DNA from: Callorhinchus milii
Lineage: Eukaryota
Assembly: GCF_018977255.1 (NCBI RefSeq)
Contig: NW_024704743.1
Span: 96,660,001-96,724,000 of the forward strand
DNA length: 64,000 nucleotides
Direction of reading: 5' to 3'
Shown here: positions 25,556-38,370 of the stretch, in pieces
Layout: every line of letters starts with the position of its first letter
Position numbering within the stretch: the first letter of the stretch is position 1
Notes under the pieces: generated by a model
The model's input: only the letters and a program-made list of their open reading frames with translations
Told to the model about the DNA's origin: nothing
Databases searched by the model: none
Translations under genes and position numbers: made by a program

Positions 25556-27663
25556 TTTCAGCTACATCCAGTTGCTAGGAGTTTCTATTTGTGCCTTCCT
25601 TTTAAAAATATTGTGTTTCAGATCCTAATGACAGAAATGGATGAAAAAAATAAAACATATTAATGTTACTAATAGCACTTTGTGTCAAATTAAGAAACGT
25701 AAGAGAAGAATAATTCATGCATTTGATATAGCACCTTATGTTAAAACATTTCAAAATGCTCTCTTGGTAATTACTGTCAAGTGTAGTGACTGTCTTTGTA
25801 GGATAAAATGGCAGCAGCGTATGCTCAGCAATGTCCTACAAACAGCCATGAAGTGAATGATCAATTTATCTAGGGGCTGGTTAGCCAGGACACTGGGAAA
25901 ACTTCTTTCTCTTTTTGAATAATGCCATGGGATCTTTAACGTCCACCTGAACGGATAGACCTGATAGATTCATAAATGACATTTAAAGACATCATCTCAG
26001 GCAAAGGAATTCTTGCTGATGATCAGGACATTTGTAAGGTACTTGTTGTCTTATAGCCACTTGTGTAGAAAAACACTGAATGGAAAAGATAGAGGGAAGT
26101 TGCTAAGAGTTTGAGAATAAGTTTCATTTTAATGTGCAGTCTCAATAAGCGTGATCTTGGGTTATACAAATCTTTAATGTGAGTTTTAAAAATGTAAGCC
26201 AAAACCAAACATAAAATAGTTACTTGTGCAACAAAACTGTAATTACTTCAGCATGCGCCTTGGTTAAACACGCTGTATTAAGAAAACCTGTACTGCAGTC
26301 CCTGGCTCTAAACCAGATGCTCTCAGATTTGTGACCCAAGACTGCCCCTCACAGTGGGGAAGAGTTATGCTAGCTCTCAGCCAGATCATTAGAAGCAGCT
26401 TACATGAGGGAGAAGGGAATAGAAGGGTATGGGAGGGGGGGATTGGGAGGGGTGGAGGTTTCTGAGGACTATAAGCGCTGGCGCAGACTAGTTAGGCTGA
26501 ATGACCTGTTTCCGTGCTGTACAGTCTATTTAATTCTCTGTACTTCAGACACTGTCAATGCCTGCAAAAGATTAAGCTGATCTGGAGCAGTGTGAGTGAA
26601 AGAGGGGTTACAACTGACCTAAGTGATTCCTGGGATTAATTGTGCTGAGGTTGTAGGGGGCTGAGCTGCTCTGAAACCTCCTCCCCTCCACTATCCTCCA
26701 CCCCCCCACTCCCCTCCTCTCCCCACTCACCCCCTGGCTTGGTACAATAGGTGAGTCCAAGAGAAACCAAATGTTACAAACTCTGATTTGGATCCATCAG
26801 CAGTATTTCAATGCTGCACAGCAGGAGACCAACTAAATGAAGTCAATTCCCTCTAGTTTTCAAATGAAAATCTGACTCAATAAGGGCAGATTGTACCAGA
26901 GTCCAGGTTTAATAATTGAGATGGCAGTGGTGAGGCAGCCTCAGGAGCAGGGTGGAGCCAGTGCTGATTGACAACTGAGTTTACAGGCAATAATTAAGGA
27001 ATGAAATTTGTGGCATTTAAAATTTCACCCCAGAGTTCTTTAAAGGTAAAATAAAATACCTTATAGGGAGTGGGCAAGCTGTGTGGTCATGAGACCTCCG
27101 AGGTTCGAGTTCCAGTAGGGATACTGTACTCAGTCTGTTGTCCCATACCATGTTGAGCACCAAAATGTTAACCCATAAAAATTTTAGTTTTTCAGTGTTA
27201 GCCTTTGGCAGGGTCAGAAGGCAATGGATGGACCATAACTATTCAGAGGCTGCTTTCAAGAAACGCAAGGAGGTGAGCATTGCTGTCTGGATGTGTCGGA
27301 CGCTCATTAACACCATTATCAACAGCTTCTGGAAGCACAAACTTCATTTAGAGATGTGGAGAGTCAGGAGGAGGTGGCTGAGATCTGAACCTGGCTATGG
27401 CTTCTTGTGTGATGAGCCAGAGAGGTATTCTTTTTGGGGCCACTGACAATCTTGTCTGTCATAGGCAACTCCCATGTCTGGAATGCACACTCACTCTCTG
27501 GAGAGACACACCCTGCTTACCTGATTCCGGACAGAATTATGCACAGGAGTCAAGGTCCCAGAAGGTGCGTTGGGGTACTGCTGGAGTTTAACTAGCTAAA
27601 AAATGCAGAGTATGCCATTGAAAATACTGTCTTTCAAGCTTCTTGCTGTTTGCCCAGCTAGGA

Positions 27664-29530
27664 ACATAAGAACACAAGAAATGCTAGATGAAAAAAGACC
27701 AAGGTCCATCTGGTTCACCTTCCACCTTCCTGGTGGGTCGCATGCACATATGTCTCAAACTACCTATGTACTATATCCCTTAATGTTATTTCCTAAAAGA
27801 AAACTATCTAATCTGTGTTTGAAAGAATCAACACTTACTGCTTCAACCGTCTCACTAAGGAGCCTGTTCCACAGGTTCACGATTCACTCACTGAAATAGT
27901 GTATGTGTAGATTCCTTCTGAATTTACCCCCCTTCAATCGCAGGCCGTGTCCTCTGGTTTTACTATTCTGTACAAGTTGAAACAGCCTGTCATGATCTAT
28001 ATTGTCTTGCCCATTTAGAATCTTAAAGGCAACAATCTTCTTTTTCCAAGCGTGAACATGCCCAATTTACTTAATCACTCCTCATAGTCCAGTCCCTCTA
28101 TTCCCTCAATCATTTTAGTTATGCTCCTCTGTATCTTCTCGATTTCTCTGATATCCTTTTTGTATTGTGGTGACCAGAACTGTACGCAGTACTCTAAGTA
28201 TGGTCTCCCCAATGATTTATACAGTGGCAGGATTACCCCACTATTTTGGCTTGCTATTGATCTTTTGATACATCCCAACATCTGGTTTGCTTTATTCACT
28301 GCCACAGAACATTGTTGGGAGAGCTTCAATGTTTTTGTCAATCAGGATCCCCAAGCCCTTTTCATTTCCCATACATATTATTTTCCTTCCGTTCAAATAA
28401 TAATGCCTTCTAGGATTTTTTATCCCCATGTGAAGTACTTCACATTTCTCCACATTGAATTTCATCTGCCACCAATCTGCCCAATTCCCAAGTATGTTCA
28501 AATCCTCCGGTAAGCTATCTTTTTCAGCTTCGCAATCTACACCTTTCATAGGCTTGGTGTCATCTGCAAATTTAGCCACTGTGCTTGTTACTCCTAGTTC
28601 TAGATCATTTCTAAAAATATTAAACAAAAGAGGTCCTAAAACAGACCCTTGTGGAACTCCACTGGTAACATTTTCCCATTGTCTGATGACATACCCTGTA
28701 TCACCACCCTCTGGGTTCTTCTGGTCAACCAGTTGTGTATCCATTGTAATATACTTCCACTGATTCCCGCTTTCTTTACTTTCAGTATCAGCCTCTCAAG
28801 AGGAACTGTATCAAAGGCCTTACTGAAATCCAGATACACAACATCCTCAGCCAAGATGTTATCTCCTCTTGTTGGCTCTTTTACAAACTGTCATAAAATA
28901 GTCTTTCTTTAACTTGAGAAAACTCTTTCCTATCTTACCAATGGACACATTATTATCCCAGCCAATTTCAGGTAAGTTAAAATCTTCAACTGCTATTGTT
29001 GGTCCCTTATTAGTCGCCTTCATTATCTGATCCCACAGTTCCAGATTGAAGCTTTCACTCTGGCTTGGGAGTCTATAGTAAACCCTCAGCAATAACTTAC
29101 CTCTGTTACCATCTTTTTATTCTACCCAAAGTGATTCTGTGTCTGCCCTTTCCTTTTTTTTATATCCTCTCGCACTTGTGTGCCAATAATGGAGCTTATA
29201 TAGAGTGCCACACCAGCTCCTCTTCTCCCAATACAGTCCCTCCTAAATACGCACCTTCCAGATGTGTATCCCATTGATTGGATTCATTTCACCATGTCTC
29301 TGTGATGCTAATGATGTCCAATCTGTCACCCTCTACAAGACCTTCCAGATCACGCTTCTGAACATTGTCAGACTTCTTGCATTAATGCAAGTACTGCTCC
29401 ATTATTTTTTGCCTTTCCCATTTACTTTAGAAGCATTTTTTATCTCTCTTTCACCAACCTTTGAGTTAGACCTATTTCACTGGTACGCCTTAAGGTTTCC
29501 CCAAATTGATTCGGGTGCTCTCTCTTACAC
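27664..29530 (-). mobile_element. CR1 LINE with APE endonuclease and RT C-terminal half, internally deleted, inserted into a family X copy
   Basis: NARSL, ITETW, GVALYI, DFNLPEIGW, VYLDFSKAFDTV, SGVPQGSVLGPLLF, KFADDTK and LEYCVQFWSP motifs; TTCTTATGT-type tail; CTAGGA duplicated at 27658-27663 and 29531-29536. Confidence 0.95.
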
Positions 29531-30699
29531 CTAGGACGATCCTAGCTTTGTGGTTCTGAGTTATGAGGAGCTGAGTTGGAAGATTTCCTGCCCCCATTCT
29601 GTCTTCCCAAGTCTGCTGATGAGCCAGGCTGGCTGGTCTGTCATCAGCGGTGCCCTGGAATGCTGCAGACCTGCCTGACTCAGGAACTAGACCACAGAGG
29701 CAGTCACAGAGGATTGATTGAACTCCGACATTCTGTTGCCAAGGACAGAATTAGAAGTCATGCACAGGGAGACGTATGGTGGTGACTCCATGTTTTCATG
29801 CCTGAGGATGTGGACAGCGTTCAGGGAGCTGAAGGGGAGTGTGAAGGTAAGATCAACAGAACAAGATGATGGTTAAGGCTCAAACATACCACATCTTTCT
29901 TTTGCCCTCAAAAATGGGGACCGCTGGGCCTCGCTGCACCCAGCCTCTATGATCTCCTAAAATCATTCAACCTTCCCTCCCCTGCTATGAGACACTCAGC
30001 TTGCTCCATGTCCTCTATCCATTTCGCCTCATATGGAAGGATGGCATCAGATGGGCCGAAAGGACTTTCTTCATCCAAACTAAATTATTATTTTGTGTAA
30101 TGGTCAGAATGTTATTTAGGGCTACAGAATTCCCAATGCTATTTTGTGTTAGTCAATACCTTAAGAAAAGTCAGCTACAGAGGTACAGGGAGAGGCCAGG
30201 TAAGTGAGACTGAAAGGATTGCTCTTTGGTGCCATAAATTTCTATGTTCTGGTTCTGAGGTTCATGGGTGATTTTCACATTACACCCACTAGGTGTCACT
30301 GTGCAAGTCATTCAGTTCATGAATATGGTAACAACCTGCAGGATTTAAAAAAGATTCACTTTGTACGATCATAAGTATTATTATTAATAATTAACAATGC
30401 CTTACAATTTAATTTGTTTCACACAGCTGACTGGGAATCAATATAATATTGTAATATTAATTATATTATTATCTATGAAGCGCTTTGAGACGTCTCGGTG
30501 ACGTGATGAGGCGCTATATCAGTTGCAAGGATTATTATTATTATTTACCATTAGAAGTGCAAGGGAGCATTTAAATTAAAATTAAATAAATGAAAGACAC
30601 GTACTGCTTTTAATCTTAATTTTAGTGATCTTTTAACTTGAGTGAGTTACAAATTTCCATTCAAACAAAATTACTAATTTCTTTACAAAGAAATGTACA

Positions 30700-30960
30700 A
30701 GATCACAAGAGAGGTTTAGATGAAGATAGTCCTTCGGCCCATTTGAGCTCATCCTTTCAGAACACCCATCCTACTGTACTCCTATAACTGCAACAAGATT
30801 TTTTTTAGATAAGTCTGTAATGTCCTACAGTGTCCTGGCTTCAACACCCTTCCTGGTTACCTGTTTCAGTTGTTAATTATTCTCTGGATGAAGAAATACC
30901 TCAAGTGTCTGTCATGAAATTGCTTTTTGCCATTTTAAACTTGCACCCTCTTGTTCTGCT
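30700..30960 (-). mobile_element. Old CR1 3' fragment
   Basis: TRGCKFK-like remnant and CR1-like tail ATGGGCCGAAGGACT. Confidence 0.6.
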
Positions 30961-31503
30961 GTCTCAGCACATCTGAAATACATGCTGGAGATAAATACAC
31001 GCTTTCTGTTTTTTGAGTTCCGTTCTGAGTTCCTCGATCTTGCCCCTCCTTCTCCGCCATCAAGCCTATCTCTTCGACCATGCTTTCAGCCACTGTCCCC
31101 TCCCTTCCCTTCTCAGCAACCTTGCTCCGGTTCAGACTCCCAGTCAGTTGTGTGAAACAAATTCAATTGTAAGGCATCGTAAACCGCAAGTGTAAAGCTT
31201 GTAAATGTCATCCAAAGCCTACAAAATGGAATTACTGCCTTTAACTCAATGCCAGACGTTTCCCATTCTTCATTCTCGGATCTAACTTATCGTCTAAAGT
31301 AAGACATTTGTTAGGATTCAAATTTGAATTACCCTGAGTACTGAGGCTGGGCCATCCTCATCCCAATATTCTCAAGGTGACAGACCAATCGTCTTGTGGA
31401 TCGTAGCTGTTGATTGTGATACTGACATTGTGGGTGAATTCTGGATCAATGACAAACAAGACTAATGTGGCCCTGCGGTCAGCAGTCCTATGTAACAATA
31501 ATG

Positions 31504-31803
31504 CTAGGTTTGTACAAGTCTCTCCAGGAATTGGTGCTAGATTACAGCACCTTCCACCTTCCAAAGTATCCCGGGTGGAATTATTAAACTCAAGTCGCTG
31601 CAGTTTCTAAGACTAAGCCACAATAAAATCAGACACATGCCTTGAACTGTGGAAGTGATACTCGCATTGCCGACGACTCCAGCCTGATCTCCGTCCATTT
31701 GGAAAACAGCCTCAGTGATCATTGGAGAATCCATCACACCACCTTCAGGTGCATTGGATCCTATCACAGTGACCATCTTTGCCCCCAGCAGAACGAAGAC
31801 TAG
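31504..31803 (+). pseudogene. ECMX: ECM2-like (ECMX) small leucine-rich-repeat gene, C-terminal fragment; disabled probable retrocopy
   Basis: Removing a 7 bp duplication (ACCTTCC x2 near 31549-31562) and restoring one lost base near 31641 gives LGLYKSLQELVLDYSTFQSIPGGIIKLKSLQFLRLSHNKIRHMPLNCGSDTRIADDSSLISVHLENSLSDHWRIHHTTFRCIGSYHSDHLCPQQNED*. This matches the recalled ECM2/ECMX C-terminus (last LRRs, ear repeat, HLENN...F.CI.SY...L.PQ). Confidence 0.85.
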
Positions 31804-31832
31804 TGAAGATTGACAGTCTTCCTCTTCCACTC

Positions 31833-32068
31833 AAAAAAAATGTGGTCACTCAATTCATGACTGTTTGTGGGACAATTGCTGTATGTAATTGGCTGCCGCA
31901 GTTCGCCCACAGAATACATAGTCAATCCACTTTACAGTACAACAACAACAGCAAAATTACATTTGTATAGCGCCTTTCACGTCGGGAGGACATATATTCT
32001 GTGAAGCTCTTTGAGACATCTTAATGATGTGATAAAACGCTATATGAAATGCAAGGATTATTATTATT
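31833..32068 (+). mobile_element. 5'-truncated SINE joined to the ECMX fragment; contains an antisense L2 tail at about 31938-31992
   Basis: SINE body from AAAAAAAATGTGGTCAC to the (TTA)n tail. Confidence 0.88.
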
Positions 32069-34289
32069 AGAAGGTAATTCATTGTGAGGGTGCAGTAACC
32101 ACAAGCCCCATGTGAAATAGAAAGTCAAGTGCAGTCAAAAGGTTCATATTAGAGCAGCACTCAGCATTGGGAGCTTCATGAGTCACTGTATTAAAATTCC
32201 AAGCAAAGAGGTAGTTTTATAATATCTTTCAGCTCTGAGATGCCATCTTGCATGAAGGGTGTTCCATAAACGAAAATTGCTTTTGTGATTGTTGTCTTTG
32301 AGGGAGGATTTTTTCTGCTTAGGATCACAATTTATTTAATCAGATTACTCGATTACAACTAGAATGCTGGCTGTCGGTAAATCCCTTGCCCAGCAAGTTG
32401 TTCAGACTTTAACTAAATCAAACTTTTCCTTAAAATGTGACTTTAATTCAGTAAGAGGTACAATTCCAATTGCCAATGAAGCCTCAAGATTGAGAGGGCT
32501 GAGGTGTTTTGCTAATGTGCCATTTTCCACAATTCTTAAGCAATCTAATATGTGAAATAAACAGGGTAAGACTAAAAAAGGTTAAAAACATTCACAAGGT
32601 GCAAAATAACATGATTTCTTCATAACATCCTAACTTGTGAATTATCTGTTTCATAAATGAATACATAAACATGCCTTGTTCTTCTATGAGAAAATTAAAT
32701 GAAAATACTATGTTTTAAATTGTGTTCCTCTGTACTCATTGCCACTTCTGTACACATTATATGCCAAAACATTTATTTATTAATGTGCATATTGTAAACT
32801 ACCATGTCCACTGTACAACACTCTAAAGTTGTGTAAAATTAAACAAAGAGATTGAGCAAAAGCATTTGTCTTAGATAACTTTATTCAGTCATTTTTCAAA
32901 CTGAAAGGACAACTTTGATCTGTCAACTGTGAAAGGTAAACTGAGTGTGACCTTTCGTCATCAGTTAAATCATCTCAGTTAATGACAACTGTTAACTTTG
33001 TTCTAATATTCGCCTGTGCACTTTCTTTGTACTGTCAAATTGTTTCATCCAAAGCTCTAATTATTTCACTTTATGTGTGTGGATATCATGGGAGCAAGCT
33101 GAGTTCAACACTGAAATGCAAGGTTGCCTTTTGAGAAATATTGTATTACTGTGTTGGTGTTGCACCACTTTACTACCAGCAGGTCCCTCAGGGAAATCTG
33201 ACACTCCAGAATATAAGTTGTGCGTTGGCCAGTTTTAATGTTTCAGCAACATCTTGCATATAAAGTTAGATTGAAACCTGCTTGTTTCCTTTGGTAGTTT
33301 CTGGCCTCCACTCCAACTTACCCAGAATTATAAAATCACGTCAGCGATGTTGCACATTTTTTATAGCTTTGCAAAACCATTAAGGTAGAGACTGGGAAGC
33401 ATGATTCCTGGTCTTTGCATTTTAACCCTTTAGTGCATTATACATTCTCCATTTTTTACAATTAGGTCAATGCATACCAAAAGATGAGAAAAACTGCATT
33501 TACAAGTTAAATTTAAATTGCAGCCACACTAATAATTTTACTTTCTCTCTAGGGAATGGTATATTTTAAATAAAAACCAATGCTTCCTTATCAATTAAAA
33601 TTTGCGACCAACAATTGCAATTGTTTTGTGGATTTGACTCTTTGATTTAATAGTATGGCTTACATTTTGAGTACGTAAAGCAATTGTAATGTGTATTATA
33701 CAATTTTAGTTTAGCAGCATAATCTGTATAAACCCAAGATTGCACTGCAGTATCAGCCCTGACTGTGAAGTCCCAAAGTGGGGTTTGAACCCATAATCTT
33801 CTGACTCTAAGAGTGCTACCAACTGAGCCATCTTAACTTGACATCTTAAAGTTTCATATAACAATGTTTATTATTGTAAGTTAGTCTTTCTCCAACAATG
33901 TTGTATTAAAATCTGAACAAATAATTGTTTTTAACCCAAATTTATCTTATGCTCAGAAGATCAACAATGGAATCTCAACTGTTACCTATAAGATAAAACC
34001 ATTATTCCAAAGTCTTACAGTGCACAGAACAGGAAAAGCTCAAAATGTTGCTGTCAGTACAGAGGTTGAAATCGCTTGTTAACTTTATCAACTTCTGTGT
34101 TGTGTCAGTTGTTATCAAGTATCACTTACTGATAGCTTCTCTAAATGGAGATAGAATTAAACAGAAATTGGTGAAAGTACATTTAGGACAGTTATCGGGA
34201 AAAACTTCTTCACTCAAATACTTGGAATGATTTATCAAGCAAAGTCACAGAGGCAAATATGCTAGGGTTATTCAAAACAATCTTAATCA

Positions 34290-34630
34290 CACTTGATATA
34301 GCACCTAGAATATCAAAAAGTCTCAAAATGTTCCACAGGGAATTAAGTAAAGAGTAGTGACTGTGTATTTACAGACACATGGGGGCAGACAATTTGCCCA
34401 TAGCAATGACACGCAAACAGCCATGAAGTGAATGATCAATTTTATCTGGAGGATTGTTGGCTAGCATTATAAGAGAAACTCCTTTCTCTTTCCAATAGTG
34501 TCATGAGATCTTTAATTTCCACCTGAACAGGCAGACAGGACCTCGGTTTAATGTATCATTGCAAAGTCGGCACCTCTGAAAAAGCAGCATGTCTCAGCAC
34601 TGCTCTGGAATGTCATCCTTGCCTGTGAGT
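34290..34630 (-). mobile_element. Old Deu SINE
   Basis: Deu core and tail. Confidence 0.8.
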
Positions 34631-34769
34631 TAGGAGACATAACAGCAGAGTTAATGCATTTGAGGACTGAGTAGAACCATCCCATCAATGCATATTCAAA
34701 ATAATATTAATGGATTCTCAAAAATATCTTTGGAAGGACTTTGTGTGTTTTCATGTTTCCTCATTATAG

Positions 34770-35195
34770 CTTCAGTTTGTCTCAGTAGGTGGCACTCTTA
34801 CCTCTGGGTCAGAAGGTTGGGAGTTCAAGCCCTACATTTGAAGGCTGATTTCAAACTGGCAGTGGGAGTAGTTGAAACTACTGTGGGAGCGACTCATTGT
34901 CAGAGGTGACGTACTTTGGATGAGACATTAAACTGAGATCATGTCTATCTGTTTTTTCAGGTGGTCATTAAAAATCACATGACACTATTTAAAGAGAAAG
35001 ACGTTTCTCCCAGTGTCCTGGCCAATAATCCTCCAGATTAATGGGTCATTCATCTCATAGCTGTTTGTATGACCTGACTGGTGCAAATTGCTGCTGTGTT
35101 TGCCTACAAAAAAAATCAGACACTACATTTGACAATAATTACTTGCGAAACATGTTTTGAAAAGATAAGGCGCTGTAAACATACAAGTTCTTTCT
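34770..35195 (+). mobile_element. Old tRNA-Deu SINE, near full length
   Basis: Head GGTCAGAAGGTTGGGAGTTCAAGCCC; core GGATGAGACATTAAACTGAG...GTGTCCTGGCCAA. Confidence 0.8.
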
Positions 35196-36377
35196 TAAGG
35201 CGGTTCGGTCTTATTTAGGGAATATAGGAGACCTGAACAGCATGCCAGTGGAGTGCAGTAATGGTAATTAAAGACACAAGCTTAGGGACTATTTGGAAGC
35301 AAACAGCCATTTAACAAGTGAAAGAAAACAAATCGCAGACTTTTACTCAGCTGACTTTTCTCCCAGCAGAAAACTCCACTTAAGAAAGCCGAGGCATTTG
35401 AGTAAGACATTTGCTCTAAGACATGCTTTAGAAAGTGTTACCCTTTTAGCCTTTTTACTTTTATGAATTTTTTTTTATTCCTATTATAAAACACAGATTT
35501 GATTTGCCATTCTGAGAAATCTCTGTTACCTTAAAAGTATTAAATTCTCCATCAGTCTTAGTGAAGTAATGTGGTAATGGTTCCATTTCTCCTTGTGGAA
35601 TTAATTAAAAGAAGTTAAGCCCTTTATACAAAATCTGAAATGTAACATCTGCCCTTTCTGCTTACACTTCAATTACTTTTAATGTTAATGACTGGACTGT
35701 GCTTCCATTTTGCTTTAACCTTTTTTAGTAGAAATTGTCTATCCAACTGACCATCACTAGAACAAGATTGCCATTTCATAGTTTACTCAGGGAAACATCT
35801 TTCTACCATTTCTCAGTATTTGCTTAGTTTTAATTTTAGCCACTTGCATTTTACAGAATGAAACCTTTGCTGGTTGTAAATGCCATAACATTGATGTAAA
35901 AACTGTGGTAGGAAAGATATAATTACGATACTAAATATTGCTAATAATAATGATTTCCTAGTAGTAGGAAAGATACCTTTAAGAAATGAAACCACAATCT
36001 GCTATCAGTTCAGGAGTAACTAGTTTATTCATTATTTTGCTGATATGAAATTCACGGCCACTCAACAAATCGAATAAATGATGGAGGGAAGATAATTGAT
36101 GAAGCAGTTGAAGAATGTTGCCCTGACTATCTACTACAGAAATGTCCTTGTGTGGTGATTGTTCTCTGACACCAAAATTCCTGTGAGCTCATTGATGGAG
36201 GTGAACATCTCTTAAATAAGATGTTAAACCAAGGTCTGCCTTTTTTTTCAGGGGGATGTTAAAGATCTAATCATAACCCTGAACCTGTGCTTTTCTGATC
36301 CTCTGCCTTGGCGTGAATAAACATATTTTTCTTTATCCCATTCAGAGTCTTATGTCCTTCTGTCAATTGTATCAGTA

Positions 36378-37186
36378 TTAATAATAATGCTTGCATTTGA
36401 TACATGTTAGGAGGATGTCTCAAACTGTTTCATAGGATTTATTGTAAAGTGTAATGATTATGTGTTTGTAGATGAACAGGTCAGCCAATTTGCACACAGC
36501 TATGTCCGACAACCAGCCATGAATGATTAATTATATCGGGGGGATTGTTGGCTAGGACACTGTAACAGACTCTCTTCTGCACTTCTAAAGAGTGAAGAAC
36601 CTTTTGAAAATATTGCAAACAGATCTGTCACAGACTAAATTCAAGATTAATTGTGCCAAATATTTAATCAGAATATTTAATGACATTAGAATAACATATA
36701 TATTTTGTCTTTCTTTTTCTTGTGTGTTTGTAAATGTACAATCTATTTCTCTGTCAAAGATAACATAGAAGAAAAGTGTTCTTGATGATCTGGCTACAGA
36801 CTGTTACAATTAGTCCAAGGTTGTGGGTTCAAGCCCCTTAGTCTAGGTTGACGCTCCAATACATTGCTGAGAGGGAGCTTTGCACTGTCAGACATGCCAT
36901 TCGTCAGATAAGACGTTAAACCAAGGTCTCATCTGCCTGTTCAAATAGATGTTAAAGATCCCATTGCACTATTTGAAAGAGAACGGAGTTTCTCCCGGTG
37001 TCTTGGCCAACAGATAAAATTGTTCATTTATTTCCTGGCCGTTTGTGGACACTGCTTTATACAAATTGACAGCCATGTTGTCTACAAAATACACAATGAC
37101 TACATTTTACAAGAATTCCTGTGAAGTACTTTGAGACATCTCGACAAAACAAGATACTGTATCTAATGCAAGGATTATTATTATTA
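36378..37186. mobile_element. Two old Deu SINE copies in opposite orientation (36378-36580 minus; 36815-37186 plus)
   Basis: Tail and core motifs in both. Confidence 0.78.
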
Positions 37187-37935
37187 AAGTTGACTTTCTG
37201 CCATCAGTATTAAATCAATCATTACAACAGCTTCTTATGCTTGATAATAGCTCCAAAATGCATCCTTCTTTTGAAAATTACTTATTTTTCTTGCAATTGA
37301 AGCTGTCATTTTGTTGTGAATTCCCAGAATACTGCAGTGCAATCAACCATATAAAGATTGTAAATACTTTGTGTGTTTTATGAAGCAAAATACTAGACAA
37401 TAAGATCACTGTAGGACCTGATTGTGAAGTATTCCTTTAAAGTTTAATAGCAGATAACAGGAATTGGTGCTGGCTGTGTTATAGTTATGAAATATAGCTT
37501 TGAACTCAGCCAATCATTGTATGGCAGGTTATTTTGTTGTTTCATGAAGATAAAAATCATGCAGAAATAGTTATGAGCGTCGCCAGAGTTTTGATAGCAT
37601 CATAGTGGCAGAGTACATTCTCAGATATAACCATCTTTATAACCAGCTGGTGTCATCATCCCTGTAGAGCTCATTGATGTAGTTATTAGGCTCTTTTACA
37701 AAGTGCTGTCACAAAGACGTACCAGTATTTGTTTTGGGCCACATTTTAGTGCTCATTATGCTGAGGGATCGTGGTGCTGGAAAATGGAACACTGTCCTGT
37801 TTCAGATTACCAAGCACTGAGCACTCCCAGTTACTGTAATGCTAGTTGTTGAATAAAGCTCCCTCTACTGTGCCTCAACAGTGAGGTCTGAAACGTGCAC
37901 ATTGGGAAAACACCAGTGTACATGGCACCTCAAAT

Positions 37936-38370
37936 GGAGTCCTGTGGCATAGCAGTTAGTGTGCTCGCCAGGCAAGCGAGAGGAACTGGGTTTGATTCCT
38001 GTGCTGGGTGAAACCTTAAGCAAGTTTGCTTACTCCACATGCCTCTTTTATGTAGTTTATTATTATGTTGCAGTAGGTAGGAACCCAGTTGTTTGTCGAT
38101 TGGCAGATTGCTTTCTGGGGGTAATAATCCTTCAAAAAAAATGTGGTCACCCAACTGTTTATGGGACACTGCTGTAGGAAATTGGCTGCTATATTTCACC
38201 CACAAATACACAGTCAATCCACTTTGCAACATGTATTCTGTGAAGTGCTTTGAGATGTCTCAACAATGTGATAAAAACAAAACACAGCAACAAAATTATA
38301 TTTGCAAAGCGCCTTTCACATTGGGAGGACATTCCATAATGTGCTATATCAAATGCAAGGATTATTATTA
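37936..38370 (+). mobile_element. Full-length long-form tRNA SINE with an antisense L2 tail inserted at about 38275-38335
   Basis: Head GGAGTCCTGTGGCATAGCAGTTAG...GGTTTGATTCC, body and (TTA)n tail. Confidence 0.88.

Noticed and set aside
31537..31830. 97 aa minus-strand ORF
   Set aside because: Antisense shadow of the ECMX-derived sequence.
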